Assembly (NCBI GenBank): GCA_964250695.1
Contig: CAXUGY010000013.1
Coordinates: 5,291 to 69,290, forward strand
Source: an uncultured Chthoniobacterales bacterium
GTDB lineage: Bacteria > Verrucomicrobiota > Verrucomicrobiia > Chthoniobacterales > SZAS-18
DNA: 64,000 nucleotides
Direction: 5' to 3'
The notes under the pieces are model-generated. The model made no database searches, was not told where the DNA came from, and saw only the letters and a program-made list of their open reading frames with translations. Both the position numbers and the translations under genes were made by a program. This document shows, one piece after another, positions 19,396 to 29,639 of this stretch (position 1 is the first letter of the stretch; every line of letters begins with the position of its first letter).

Positions 19396-21630
19396 ATGAA
19401 CGACGACCACTCCCCCGCCCCCACGACCCATCGCTTGCGCGAAGGCGTGGCCAAGTTCCTGCGCGTCGTCTTCGGCGCGGTCGTCCGGTGCATTTACCGG
19501 GTCAAGGTGCTCGACGGCCAAAACCTCCCGGCGACCGGCGGCGTGCTGCTCCTGCCCAACCACATCACCTGGGTGGACGCCGTGCTGCTCCAACTCGTCT
19601 GCCCGCGCCCGGTCCGCTTCCTCATCTACGAGGCCATCTACCGCCACCCGCTGCTCAACCCCTGGTTCCGGCTGGTCGGCGCGATCCCCATCGCCCCGGG
19701 CCGCGCGAAGGAAGGTCTCCACGCCGCCAGCGAACGGCTGCGCGCCGGGGAAATCGTCTGCATCTTCCCCGAGGGCGAACTCAGCCGCACCGGGACGCTC
19801 CTGCGCATCAAGAAGGGCTACGAACTCATCGCCCGGCGCGGCGGCGTGCCGGTGGTGCCCGTGTGGTTGGACCAACTCTGGGGTTCCATCTTCTCGTTCG
19901 AGGGCGGCCGATATTTCAGCAAGCTGCCCCGGCGCGTTCCCTACCCCGTGACCGTCGCGTTCGGCACGCCGCTCACCCCCGAGCAGGCCGACGTGGCCAC
20001 CGTCCGCGAGAAGATGCTCGAACTCGGCGAGAAATGCTACGAGGACCGTCCCATGCTCCGCCGCCACCTCGGCGAAGCCTGTATCCGGGGACTCAAAAAG
20101 CACCCGTCCCACCTCGCGGTCATCGACGGCACCGACCACTCGACGCTCACCCGGGGCATGCTCCTGGCCGCCGCCGCCGCCCTTTCCCGGCGGCTCAAAA
20201 AGGAAATCCCCGGCCAGCGGGTCGGCATCGTCCTGCCGCCGAGCAAAGGGGCCGTGCTCGCCAACCTGGCCGTGCTGCTCGCGGGCAAGGTGCCGGTCAG
20301 CCTGAATTTTACCGCCGGACGCGACGCGCTCGAATCCGCCATGCGCAAGGCCGGGATCACGACGGTCATCACCGCCACGGTCGTCGAGCGCAAGATGGAG
20401 ACGTTCCCCTGGCCCGCGAACATCCTGCGCCTGAACGAAATCCTGCCGCCGATGAAAAAAACCGTTGGTCTCTGGCGGGCGGCGGTGGCCGTGCTGCCCT
20501 GGTTCGCCCTGACGCGCCTCCTCGGCCTCCCCAAACGTGGCGAGCACGACGAAGCGGTCCTCCTCTTCACCAGCGGGAGTTCGGGCGAGCCGAAGGGCGT
20601 CGTCCTCAGCCACCGCAACATCCTGGCGAACATCTCGCAATTCCGGCTGATGGTGAACCTCGAACCGGACGACGCGATCCTCGCCTCGCTGCCCTTTTTC
20701 CACAGCTTCGGCTGCACGGTCACGCTCTGGTTCCCGCTGATCGAGGGTTTGCGCGCCGTCACGTACCCGAACCCGCTCGACGTGGTCAAGAACGCCGAAC
20801 TCGTCCAGAAGTACGGCTGCTCGATGTTCCTGGCGACCCCGACCTTCCTGCGCGCCTACCTGCGCAAGGCCGACAAGGAACAACTCGCCAGCCTGCGCCT
20901 GATGATCACCGGCGCGGAAAAACTGCCCCGCGCCATCGCCGACGCCGTGCAGGAGAAGTTCGGCAAACAGGTCCTCGAAGGCTACGGGCTGACGGAAACC
21001 GCCCCCGTGCTGAGTTGCAACCTGCCCGACGTGAGCCTCAACGACGCGGGCCACACCGTCCAGCACGCGTACCGCGCGGGGTCGGTCGGCAAGCTCGCCC
21101 CGGGCATCGCCGCGCAGATTCGCGACCCCGACACCGGCGCGCACCTGAGCCTGCACGACACCGGCATGCTCTGGGTGCGCGGCGCGAACGTCTTCCGGGG
21201 TTATCTCGGCGAGCCGGACCTGACGGCGGAAGTGCTGCACGACGGCTGGTTCCGCACGGGCGACCTGGGGCGTTTCGACGAGGACGGTTTCCTCTACATC
21301 GAAGGCCGTCTCTCGCGGTTTTCCAAGATCGCGGGCGAGATGGTGCCGCACGAAACCGTCGAGGCGAAAATCTCCGAGGCGTTGGCATTGCCGCCGGGCG
21401 AACGGCTCTTCATGGTCGTCGGCGTGCCCGACGAAGCGAAAGGCGAGGCCCTCGTCCTCCTGTCCACGGTGGACATGGTCCAGAGCGACCTGCGGGCCAA
21501 GCTTTGCGCGCTGGGCGTGGCGAACCTCTGGGTGCCGCGCACCATCAGACGCGTCGATACCCTACCCGTGCTCGGCTCCGGCAAGCTGGACCTCAAAGGC
21601 TGCAAGGATCTGGCGCTGGCGAAGGAGTAG
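19396..21630 (+). CDS. aas: Bifunctional acyltransferase (PlsC)/acyl-ACP synthetase, Aas-like
   Basis: PNHITWVD and IFPEG acyltransferase motifs; LFTSGSSGEPKGV, EGYGLTET, WFRTGDLG, GRLSRFSKIAGEMV AMP-binding motifs. Confidence 0.88.
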   Translation: MNDDHSPAPTTHRLREGVAKFLRVVFGAVVRCIYRVKVLDGQNLPATGGVLLLPNHITWVDAVLLQLVCPRPVRFLIYEAIYRHPLLNPWFRLVGAIPIAPGRAKEGLHAASERLRAGEIVCIFPEGELSRTGTLLRIKKGYELIARRGGVPVVPVWLDQLWGSIFSFEGGRYFSKLPRRVPYPVTVAFGTPLTPEQADVATVREKMLELGEKCYEDRPMLRRHLGEACIRGLKKHPSHLAVIDGTDHSTLTRGMLLAAAAALSRRLKKEIPGQRVGIVLPPSKGAVLANLAVLLAGKVPVSLNFTAGRDALESAMRKAGITTVITATVVERKMETFPWPANILRLNEILPPMKKTVGLWRAAVAVLPWFALTRLLGLPKRGEHDEAVLLFTSGSSGEPKGVVLSHRNILANISQFRLMVNLEPDDAILASLPFFHSFGCTVTLWFPLIEGLRAVTYPNPLDVVKNAELVQKYGCSMFLATPTFLRAYLRKADKEQLASLRLMITGAEKLPRAIADAVQEKFGKQVLEGYGLTETAPVLSCNLPDVSLNDAGHTVQHAYRAGSVGKLAPGIAAQIRDPDTGAHLSLHDTGMLWVRGANVFRGYLGEPDLTAEVLHDGWFRTGDLGRFDEDGFLYIEGRLSRFSKIAGEMVPHETVEAKISEALALPPGERLFMVVGVPDEAKGEALVLLSTVDMVQSDLRAKLCALGVANLWVPRTIRRVDTLPVLGSGKLDLKGCKDLALAKE

Positions 21631-21660
21631 CGCGCTGATGAGGGAAAGCGGCTCCTATTC

Positions 21661-21718
21661 CACCCTCCTCTTCTCTGCGTACCTCCTCCCCTCCCTGCGT
21701 TCTCTGCGTTAAAATTCC
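21661..21718. repeat. Dispersed CTCTGCG-unit intergenic repeat (copy 2)
   Basis: Aligns with 10561-10620. Confidence 0.65.
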
Positions 21719-21791
21719 GCGCCCTCTTTCCCGCGTCGAGCGTTGACTTTGCACACGAAATGCTGCTAGAACACGCATCAATCCCCATCCC

Positions 21792-22607
21792 ATGTCTCGC
21801 CTGACCCGCCGGAGCTTTCCGGTTCTGCTCGCCCTGCTCTGCGTTTCAGGCATTGCCGGTCTGCGTGCGGAAGTCACCGTCTGCGATCTGGAGCAACCGG
21901 CGCGTTTCGCTGCCCCCACGCCGGAATTCTTCGCCGCTGCCGTCACGGGTAACCTCGTCCAACTGCAACGATCCCTGGACGAAGGGATCTCTGTGGACGC
22001 CCCGGTGCCCGTTCCCCTGCCGCCGGAAATGGCGGCCCTCTTCACCCCCCGTTCGCGCGGCGGGTTACTGCTCAACGATCCCGGCGCCACGGCGTTGATG
22101 CTGGCCACGGCTGTCGGCCGCACTGAGGCCATCACCGCGCTCCTCGACGCCAGGGCCAACCGCGAAGCCCGCACGAAATCGGGCATCCGCCCGCTCGACA
22201 TCGCCGCCGAACGCAGCGACACCGGGACGATGCAGCTCCTGCTCGGCGTCACCCCGGCCAGCGAGGCCGCCCACCTCTCGATTTCGGTCGATCTCGCCAC
22301 CCAGCGCGCCACGCTCTCGCGGGACGGGCAACCCGTGCTCGCAACCAGGGTTTCCAGCGGCAAGAAGGAAAAACCCACGCCGCCCGGCAAATACGTCGTG
22401 ACCCAGAAGTACCCCGAGTGGCACTCGTCGCTCTATCACAACGCCTCGATGCCGTTTTTCCTGCGGCTGTCGTGTTCGCCGGTCGGCCTGCACGCCGGGG
22501 TCGTCGTGGATCATCCGGCGTCGCACGGTTGCGTCCGGCTCCCGGCGGAAATCGCCCGCAAGTTTTACGAGATCGTGCCGAAGGGAACCCTGGTCGTCAT
22601 CCAATAG
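21792..22607 (+). CDS. Exported ankyrin-repeat / L,D-transpeptidase (YkuD) fusion protein
   Basis: Signal peptide; GATALMLATAVGRTEAITALLDARAN and GIRPLDIAAERS ankyrin repeats; LHAGVVVDHPASHGCVRL YkuD active site. Confidence 0.85.
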   Translation: MSRLTRRSFPVLLALLCVSGIAGLRAEVTVCDLEQPARFAAPTPEFFAAAVTGNLVQLQRSLDEGISVDAPVPVPLPPEMAALFTPRSRGGLLLNDPGATALMLATAVGRTEAITALLDARANREARTKSGIRPLDIAAERSDTGTMQLLLGVTPASEAAHLSISVDLATQRATLSRDGQPVLATRVSSGKKEKPTPPGKYVVTQKYPEWHSSLYHNASMPFFLRLSCSPVGLHAGVVVDHPASHGCVRLPAEIARKFYEIVPKGTLVVIQ

Positions 22608-22627
22608 ACAATAGACCACCCGCGAGC

Positions 22628-23380
22628 ATGGCCACGTCCAAGCTGTATCTCCAGCTCCACAGTCTGCGCCACGAAGCCGCCGCCGACGCGGAAGGCACGT
22701 TGCTGCGGGTGCCCGGCCTGGGTTTCGACGGCGTCGAACTCGTCGGAACCTACGGGTGGCCGGTGGACGAGTGGCGCGCGCGGCTCGCCGAAACGGGTTT
22801 GTCGGTGATCGCCGCCCACGTCGGCCTGGAAACCCTGGAGACCGACCTCGGGGCAACCGTGGCGTTTTACCGCGCGCTCGGCGCCCGGCGGCTCGTCGTG
22901 ACCGCCCTGCCGAGAGCGCCGCAATCCCTGGCCCGCTACCACGACGGGGCGCGCCGCCTCAACGCCGCCGGACGCCGCCTGGCAGCCGAAGGTTTCCGCC
23001 TCGTTTACCATCACCATTCCTACGAGTTCGACCTCCTCTCCGAGACGGACGCCGCCGTCTGCGGGATGGACCTGTTGCTGGCGGAAACCGACCCGGCGAT
23101 CGTCCACTTCGAATTCGACACTTTCTGGCTCGAATTCGTGGGCCACGACGCCGTGGCGTTCGTCCGGCAGCACGCCGCCCGGGTCGCCCAGATTCACGCC
23201 AAGGACCTGCGCAAACGCGACCGCGAAGACGTGCCTGCCGGACAGGGTGACGTGGATTTCCCCGCGCTCGTGCCGCTCTGCTCGGCCCACGACTGGCCGG
23301 TCGTCCTCGAATACGAAGGCGGCCACGCCATCGAGGCCGTCCGGCAAGGCGCGCTCTACCTGCGCGGGCTGCTTCGTTGA
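22628..23380 (+). CDS. Sugar phosphate isomerase/epimerase (AP endonuclease 2 TIM barrel)
   Basis: GFDGVE, LVYHHH, FEFDTFW, IHAKD, GQGDVDF, VLEYE. Confidence 0.88.
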   Translation: MATSKLYLQLHSLRHEAAADAEGTLLRVPGLGFDGVELVGTYGWPVDEWRARLAETGLSVIAAHVGLETLETDLGATVAFYRALGARRLVVTALPRAPQSLARYHDGARRLNAAGRRLAAEGFRLVYHHHSYEFDLLSETDAAVCGMDLLLAETDPAIVHFEFDTFWLEFVGHDAVAFVRQHAARVAQIHAKDLRKRDREDVPAGQGDVDFPALVPLCSAHDWPVVLEYEGGHAIEAVRQGALYLRGLLR

Positions 23381-23438
23381 AGCGGTGCTTCTCACCCCGG
23401 AGAGGTGACAGAAACCATTCAGCGAACCAGAACAGGTC

Positions 23439-24701
23439 TCACACCAACTCCGCCGCGTTCACGCCCCGGAACGCAAACAGCCGCTTGATCGTCTCTTCGA
23501 TGAGGTGGTTCGGACAGGACGCGCCCGCCGTCACGCCGACCACGATGTCACCGCCGGGCAGCCAGCCATCGGTCGAGACTTCCTGGCCCACGTGCAGGTC
23601 AAAATGCGTGATGCGGCGGTCGTCCTCCAGGCGGCTGGCATCGCGGATAAAGTAAGTCGGCAACTGCGCGTTGCCCATTTCCGCGAGGTGCGACGTGTTC
23701 GAGCTGTTATACCCGCCGACGACCAGCAAGAGATTCATCGGCAACAGCAGCATCTCGCGCAGCGCATCCTGCCGCTCCTGCGTCGCCCCGCAGATCGTGT
23801 CGAAAAACCGGAAGTTTTTGACGCCTTCCACCGGGCCGTCGCGGTCGAGAATCGCCTGCCGGATGCGCCGTTGCACTTCCTCGGTTTCGCCGCGCAGCAT
23901 GGTCGTCTGGTTGGCCACGCCGACCGTCCGCAGGTGCAACTCGGGGTCGAAACCATCCGAATGGGCATCGTGCCCGAACTTTTGCAGGAACGCCTCGCGG
24001 TCGCCGCCCTGCCGGATGTAGTTGCAGACGTAGTCGGTTTCTTCCAGCGTGAGGACGATCAGGTAATGTCCGCGTCCGGCCTTGGAGCGCGCCTGCGACG
24101 CCGTCGCTTTGGTTTCCTCGTGCGTCGCCTTGCCGTGGATGATGCTCGTGACCTCGTCCGCCGCGTAGGACCGCACCCGCCGCCAGACGCTCATCACGTC
24201 GCCGCAGGTCGTATCGACGATGTAGCAGCCCAGCGACTTGATCTTGTCCACGATGCCGACTTCCGCCCCGAAAGCCGGGACGATGACCACGTCTTCCGCC
24301 GTCAGGTCGTCGATTTCCGCCTCGCGCCGCGGTCCGATGAGATTCTTGATGCCCAGCGCCGCGATCTGCGCGTTGACCTCGGGATTGTGGATGATCTCCC
24401 CGAGGATAAAGAGCCGTTTGCCCTCGAATTCCTTGCTCGTCCGCGCCGCGTAGGCCAAGTCGATGGCGCGTTCCACCCCGTAGCAAAATCCGAATTGTTT
24501 CGCCAGCCGCACGGTCAATCCCGCCGCCGAGATGATCCCGCCCCGGGCGCGCATTTTCTCGACCAGTTCGCTGCGGTAATGGCTTTCCACCTGCGCCTGC
24601 ACGGACGCCATGATGTCCGGCGTGCGCAGGTTGATGCGCTTGCGGGCCTCCGGTGCGGCGGCGGGTTTGGCGGGCGTTTCGACGGGGCTGGGAGTGCTCA
24701 T
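23439..24701 (-). CDS. ispH: 4-hydroxy-3-methylbut-2-enyl diphosphate reductase IspH
   Basis: GFCYGVERAI, IIHN, DTTCG, TICGATQERQ, VVGGYNSSNT, TAGASCP. Confidence 0.93.
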   Translation of the reverse strand: MSTPSPVETPAKPAAAPEARKRINLRTPDIMASVQAQVESHYRSELVEKMRARGGIISAAGLTVRLAKQFGFCYGVERAIDLAYAARTSKEFEGKRLFILGEIIHNPEVNAQIAALGIKNLIGPRREAEIDDLTAEDVVIVPAFGAEVGIVDKIKSLGCYIVDTTCGDVMSVWRRVRSYAADEVTSIIHGKATHEETKATASQARSKAGRGHYLIVLTLEETDYVCNYIRQGGDREAFLQKFGHDAHSDGFDPELHLRTVGVANQTTMLRGETEEVQRRIRQAILDRDGPVEGVKNFRFFDTICGATQERQDALREMLLLPMNLLLVVGGYNSSNTSHLAEMGNAQLPTYFIRDASRLEDDRRITHFDLHVGQEVSTDGWLPGGDIVVGVTAGASCPNHLIEETIKRLFAFRGVNAAELV

Positions 24702-24805
24702 GCAAATAAAACTTGCCCGCAGCCTAGCACGAAAACCGGCCTCGTTGAACAACAAAGGACCGGGGCGTCCCCGGTCCTTTGCAAATTCCTCTGCTTGGAA
24801 GCTGG

Positions 24806-25483
24806 TCAATAAGGGGTCAGCCCACCGCCGGGAGGCGAGTCGAATACCCGGTCGGATGCCGAATACGAAGGAGCCGGATCAGGGTCGTTGTAATCGGTCG
24901 GGCGTTGCACGTTGGCGCCGATGGTGGCGTCTTCGGGTTGTGTCTGGGCAATGTTGACCGGTGTCCCCTCGTGGACGAGCGCAAAAAACTTCGGGGCGAC
25001 GTTGTGGTGGAGGCGCAGGCAGCCGTGCGAGCGCGGCACCGGCCAGACGTAACCTTGGTGAAAGCCGAACTGCGACTTGAATTCGCACCAGAACGCCATC
25101 GGATAGCCAATGTACTCACCGGAACCATGTCCGTTTTCCGCCGCTGTCACCACGCCGTTTTTGCGGTAGAAACCGTAAGTTCCGCTGCGTTTCTTGCGCT
25201 CTTTTCGATAGATCGTGAAATTGCCCGACGGAGTGACGTGGCCTGGAATGCCGACGTTCGTCGCCGCCACCAGCAACGGCTTGCTGCCTTCAAACACGTA
25301 GACCACCTGTTTGCTGAGCGAGACTTTGACGCGCACGGCGTTCGGGTTGTGCGGTTTGTAGGCGACCGGGTTGTAGGACGTACTGCCGCCGCCGACGCCG
25401 GTGGAGGTCTCGCAGCCGGTCAGAAAAGTCAGCGCGCCCGCCGTGGCGACGAGGGCGAGGAGCGAAAGGAAACGGGGCTTCAT
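24806..25483 (-). CDS. L,D-transpeptidase (YkuD) family lipoprotein
   Basis: Lipobox LTGC; GFHQGYVWPVPRSHGCLRL active-site motif. Confidence 0.88.
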   Translation of the reverse strand: MKPRFLSLLALVATAGALTFLTGCETSTGVGGGSTSYNPVAYKPHNPNAVRVKVSLSKQVVYVFEGSKPLLVAATNVGIPGHVTPSGNFTIYRKERKKRSGTYGFYRKNGVVTAAENGHGSGEYIGYPMAFWCEFKSQFGFHQGYVWPVPRSHGCLRLHHNVAPKFFALVHEGTPVNIAQTQPEDATIGANVQRPTDYNDPDPAPSYSASDRVFDSPPGGGLTPY

Positions 25484-25590
25484 GCTTGGGAGTTGGAATA
25501 GAAAGGGACGCAAGGATGAGAGCAGAAAACGGCGTGCCGCGCAAAGCCGATTTTCGGTCGCTGCCCTTTCCCGGCCCATCCGGCTGGCGG

Positions 25591-26937
25591 TCAATTTCTT
25601 GCGACGGCCAACCGTTTGAGCGTCAGGGCAAAGGTCGCTCCCTCGCCCAGCTTGCTGCGGCATTCCAACCGGCCGTTCATCGCCTCCGCCAGCCGCTTGA
25701 CGATGGACAATCCCAGGCCGCTCGACGATTCGCCCCCCGTCGGGCGCGCGCTCAGACGCACGAATTTGCCGTACAGGTTGCGTTGATCCTCCGCGCTCAG
25801 CCCCGGTCCCGCGTCCTGCACTTCGACCGAGGCGTGGTCCGCGCTGCCGTTGCTCGACACCACCCGCAGCGTCACGGGCCGGCCCAACGGCGAAAACTTG
25901 ATCGCGTTCGAGAGCAGGTTGTCCAGGATCTGGATCGTGGCGTTGGCGTCGGCTTCGACGGTGACCGGCCCGTCGCAAGGCTTGAACACCAGGACGATGC
26001 TCTTGGCGGAAGCGGTCGGACGGTGGTTTTCGAGGATGGTGCCCGCGAGCGCGACGAGGTCACATTCTTCGAGCTTCAGGCGCAACTTGCCGTCTTCGAT
26101 GGCCTGCACGCTCAACAACCGGTCCAGCAAATCGCGCATCTGCGCACCCGATGAGTGGATGCGCGCCAGCGAATCGCGCTGCATTTCGTCCCCCGGCGCG
26201 CCGAAATCCTGCAACAACCGGGCGAACCCCATGATGGAATTCAACGGGCTGCGCAGGTCGTGCGCGGCCATGCCCAGGAACGCGCGGCGTTCGCGGTCGA
26301 GTTCGTTGAGCCGCCCGTTGGCGTCGGAAAGAGCATCCAGCGCGTGGTTGAGTTTTTGCAGCGACACCCGGCGGCCCCGCTCGAAAAAAATGCCCACCGT
26401 GGACATGAACAGCGCCAGGCTGAGGTAACCCGCCGCCGTGATCGTGTTTTCCCACTGGTGCGGATACAGCCGGGGCAACCGCACCCCGGCAAATTCCAGC
26501 GCGCAGAAAATGCCCATCACCGCCAGGCAAATCCCGCACCACAACCGGCCCATCTGCTGTCCGACGAGGATGCACGCGCACAGGGGCACCACCGCCAGCC
26601 ACGCCACCGCGTGCCCGTAGATTCCGCCCTCGATGGCGGTCAGCGCGGCGAACCCCGCCACGAGCACGAAAGCGTAAACGTTCCCCGCCACTTCCAACCC
26701 CGCCGCCCGCACGATCCACGGCGCGCCCGCCAACGCCAGCGTGCAAACGAGCACGATCAGCGCGCCCCACACGTGGCCGATGGCAAGGTAAAAACCGGCG
26801 AAGAGCAGTCCGAACACCACCCCCTGCAAGCTGAACGCGATGAAAAACAGGGCGCGCCTCCGCACCTCGGCGTCCACTTGCGCCGGCATGAAACGATCCA
26901 AGGCCGCATCCCAGCGGATTTTCCAGGCCGAAAACAT
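25591..26937 (-). CDS. Membrane sensor histidine kinase (orphan)
   Basis: About 6 TM segments; AAHDLRSPL H-box; QILDNLLSNAIKFS, VQDAGPG, GLGLSIV. Confidence 0.92.
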   Translation of the reverse strand: MFSAWKIRWDAALDRFMPAQVDAEVRRRALFFIAFSLQGVVFGLLFAGFYLAIGHVWGALIVLVCTLALAGAPWIVRAAGLEVAGNVYAFVLVAGFAALTAIEGGIYGHAVAWLAVVPLCACILVGQQMGRLWCGICLAVMGIFCALEFAGVRLPRLYPHQWENTITAAGYLSLALFMSTVGIFFERGRRVSLQKLNHALDALSDANGRLNELDRERRAFLGMAAHDLRSPLNSIMGFARLLQDFGAPGDEMQRDSLARIHSSGAQMRDLLDRLLSVQAIEDGKLRLKLEECDLVALAGTILENHRPTASAKSIVLVFKPCDGPVTVEADANATIQILDNLLSNAIKFSPLGRPVTLRVVSSNGSADHASVEVQDAGPGLSAEDQRNLYGKFVRLSARPTGGESSSGLGLSIVKRLAEAMNGRLECRSKLGEGATFALTLKRLAVARN

Positions 26938-27229
26938 GGTCGGTTCTAATAAACCTCGTGCCCGCGCCAACCAGCCAGTGTAAGGCCGGGACCGCAGACA
27001 AGCGATGGGGAGATTACCGGATTTATCCCACGCGGCCCCGGGACTCTCAAGCTCCCTTTGCGAGGCGGCGGATTTCGCGCTCCAAACAAACCACCCCGGA
27101 ACGCTTGCCGAACGTCACGAAATGTTTACCTTTGGCGGCAAGACCGCCCGGCGCGGCGGAGCGTCACTGTCCGGTGCTGTTTCCGCCCTCGCTGCCGCCC
27201 CTCCACTGACCTTTTGCCCTCCCTTTCCC

Positions 27230-28624
27230 ATGCTTGGCAAGCTCCTCCAGCCCGAAGTGCAAAGCCTGATTGCCGCCCGTGATTTCACCCGGCTGCGGGA
27301 AATCTTTGCGGAATGGGTCCCGGCGGACCTGGCGGACGTGGTCGCCGATCTGCCCGAAAAAGATAAGGTCGTGGTTTTCCGGGTGATGCCGCAGGCGCAG
27401 GCGGCGGCGGTCTTTGAATATCTCGATTCCGACGAGCAGGCCGAACTCATCCACAGCATGGGCCGCGAGGACTCGGTGCGCATCCTCAACGAGATGTCGC
27501 CCGACGACCGGACCGCGTTGCTCGAAGAACTGCCCGCCGAAGCGGTGCGCAGCCTCGTGGCGTCGCTGTCGCCGTCCGAACGGGCCGTCGCGCAGCATTT
27601 GCTCGGTTACCCCGAGGGCAGCGTCGGGCGGTTGATGACGCCGGATTTCATCGCCATCCGCTCGGATTGGACCGTCCAGCAGGTGCTCGACGATGTCCGC
27701 ACCCGGGGCCGCGACAGCGAGACGCTCAACGTGCTCTACGTGCTCGACGACCACGGCAAGCTCATCGACGACCTGCGCATCCGCGAGTTTTTGACCCGGC
27801 CGCTGGACACCCGGATCAGCGACCTGATGAACGACCAGTTCGTCACCCTCTCGGTCGCCGACACGCAGGAGAGCGCGGTCGCGTTGTTCCGCAAGTATGA
27901 CCGCACGGTTCTGCCCGTCGTGGACAAGGGCGGGCGGCTGGTGGGCGTGGTCACCGTGGACGACGTGCTCGACGTGGCCGAGGAAGCCGCCACCGCCGAC
28001 GCGCACAAGTTCGGCGGTCTGGAAGCCCCGCTGGACTTGCCGTACATGAGCAGCGGCCTGTGGGAAATGTTCCGCAAGCGCGGCTCGTGCCTGATCATCC
28101 TGTTCGCCAGTGAGTTGCTCACGGCGAACGCCATGCAGTCGTACGCGGACGAAATGAGCAGGGCTCTGTCGTTGTCGTTGTTCATCCCGCTGGTCATGAG
28201 CAGCGGCGGAAATTCGGGTTCGCAGGCTTCGACGCTGGTGATCCGGGCGATGGCGCTGGGCGAGGTTTCGCTGCGGGATTGGTGGCGCGTGGCGGGCCGG
28301 GAGATCGTCAGTGGCCTGTCGCTCGGGGCGCTGTTGGGAGCGGCGGGTTTCCTGCGGATTTCCCTGTGGACTTATCTCGGCTGGGACCACGGCCTTTACA
28401 GCACGCACCCTTACATCCTGGCGGTGGCGGTCGGGATGGCGCTGGTGGGCATCGTCGCCTGGGGGAGCTTGGCGGGGTCGATGCTGCCGTTTTTGCTGCG
28501 GCTTTGCCGGTTCGATCCGGCCACGAGCTCCGCCCCGTTCGTGGCGACGTTGGTCGATGTGACCGGGTTGATCATTTACTTCACGGTGACGGCGCTGATT
28601 TTCCTGCCGTACCTCAAGCACTGA
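27230..28624 (+). CDS. mgtE: Magnesium transporter MgtE
   Basis: N-domain, GYPEGSVGRLMTPDF, tandem CBS domains, SSGGNSGSQAS, DPATSSAPFVATLVDVTG. Confidence 0.95.
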   Translation: MLGKLLQPEVQSLIAARDFTRLREIFAEWVPADLADVVADLPEKDKVVVFRVMPQAQAAAVFEYLDSDEQAELIHSMGREDSVRILNEMSPDDRTALLEELPAEAVRSLVASLSPSERAVAQHLLGYPEGSVGRLMTPDFIAIRSDWTVQQVLDDVRTRGRDSETLNVLYVLDDHGKLIDDLRIREFLTRPLDTRISDLMNDQFVTLSVADTQESAVALFRKYDRTVLPVVDKGGRLVGVVTVDDVLDVAEEAATADAHKFGGLEAPLDLPYMSSGLWEMFRKRGSCLIILFASELLTANAMQSYADEMSRALSLSLFIPLVMSSGGNSGSQASTLVIRAMALGEVSLRDWWRVAGREIVSGLSLGALLGAAGFLRISLWTYLGWDHGLYSTHPYILAVAVGMALVGIVAWGSLAGSMLPFLLRLCRFDPATSSAPFVATLVDVTGLIIYFTVTALIFLPYLKH

Positions 28625-28640
28625 AACGCTTTTGGTCGGC

Positions 28641-29639
28641 TCACGCCGGTAATCCCGCCAACAGCGCGTGGAATGCATCCAGCCCGGCGATCCCGGCAGC
28701 CACCTCGCGCAACGACGCCAATGCCACGGGGATGTGCGCCAGAAATTCCGGCCTTTCCCGCACCAACCCCAAATATCCATACGCGCCCAGCGCCTGCATC
28801 AACCGCTGCAACGCGCACAGGCGATAAATCTCGTCGAACTCCGCCCGCGTTTTCCCCAGGTCGTTCCGTCGGCCCAGCGAGAGGTAGAAATCCAGCAATT
28901 CCGTGCGTTCCGGCCCGCTCAGGCTCACGTAAGGATCATACAATAGCGACGCCAGATCGTAGTGGGCCAACCCCGGGCGCAACCCCTGAAAATCAATGAG
29001 GTGCGCGTGCCCGTCGTGCATCAGGATGTTTTGCGACTGGAAATCCCGGTGGACCAGCACGCGCGGCCACGCGGCCAGTTTCTCCGCGATGGCCTCCCAT
29101 ACCGGCGACGACGCCAACGCCTCGATCTTCGCCAAGTCGCCCAGATGGTCGAAGTAGCGGCCGATCAGGTGGTCGAAGAAATACTTTTGCTCCCAGCGGT
29201 AGAGCGCGGCGTCGAACTCGATTTGCAGCGTGAACGGAAACCGGGAGAGTCCTTCCCAGCCGCGCTCGTGCAGGCGGCAGACCTCTTCCAACGCCGATTG
29301 ATAAGCCGCCCGCCGCACCGGCCAGGGTTCCTCGCGGAAACTCCACAGGTCGCGCTCGCCGAGGTCTTCCATCCAGATCAGACCCTGCGACTCGTCGTGG
29401 AAATAGATTTTCGGCGTCCGCACGCCCAGCGCGTCGAGCACTTCGGCGATCCGCACGTAATGCCGGTTTTCTTCCCGCTGGTCGTTGTACTTGACCAACA
29501 CGAGCGAACGGCTGCCCATGCGCACGCGGTAGAAGCTCCGGCCCGACCCGCCTTTCTCGATGGGCGCGATGCTGATGTCGTCGCCCGGCAAGGCGAACCG
29601 CGTCCGGGTCTGGTCGATGAGAGAATCCTGCGAGAACAT
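28641..29639 (-). CDS. amgK: Anomeric MurNAc/GlcNAc kinase AmgK-like (APH-family phosphotransferase)
   Basis: GGSGRSFYR, LVHRDFQSQNIL, LIDFQG, YDLASLL, LQRLMQALGAYG; TGATG coupling to the upstream nucleotidyltransferase. Confidence 0.75.
   Translation of the reverse strand: MFSQDSLIDQTRTRFALPGDDISIAPIEKGGSGRSFYRVRMGSRSLVLVKYNDQREENRHYVRIAEVLDALGVRTPKIYFHDESQGLIWMEDLGERDLWSFREEPWPVRRAAYQSALEEVCRLHERGWEGLSRFPFTLQIEFDAALYRWEQKYFFDHLIGRYFDHLGDLAKIEALASSPVWEAIAEKLAAWPRVLVHRDFQSQNILMHDGHAHLIDFQGLRPGLAHYDLASLLYDPYVSLSGPERTELLDFYLSLGRRNDLGKTRAEFDEIYRLCALQRLMQALGAYGYLGLVRERPEFLAHIPVALASLREVAAGIAGLDAFHALLAGLPA

Noticed and set aside
26938-27229. M-box or yybP-ykoY riboswitch upstream of mgtE (GGGGAG and GGCAAGACC seen)
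   Set aside because: The two fragments are too far apart and lack the other conserved elements; only a small GGCGG/CCGCC hairpin is supported. A cmscan would settle it
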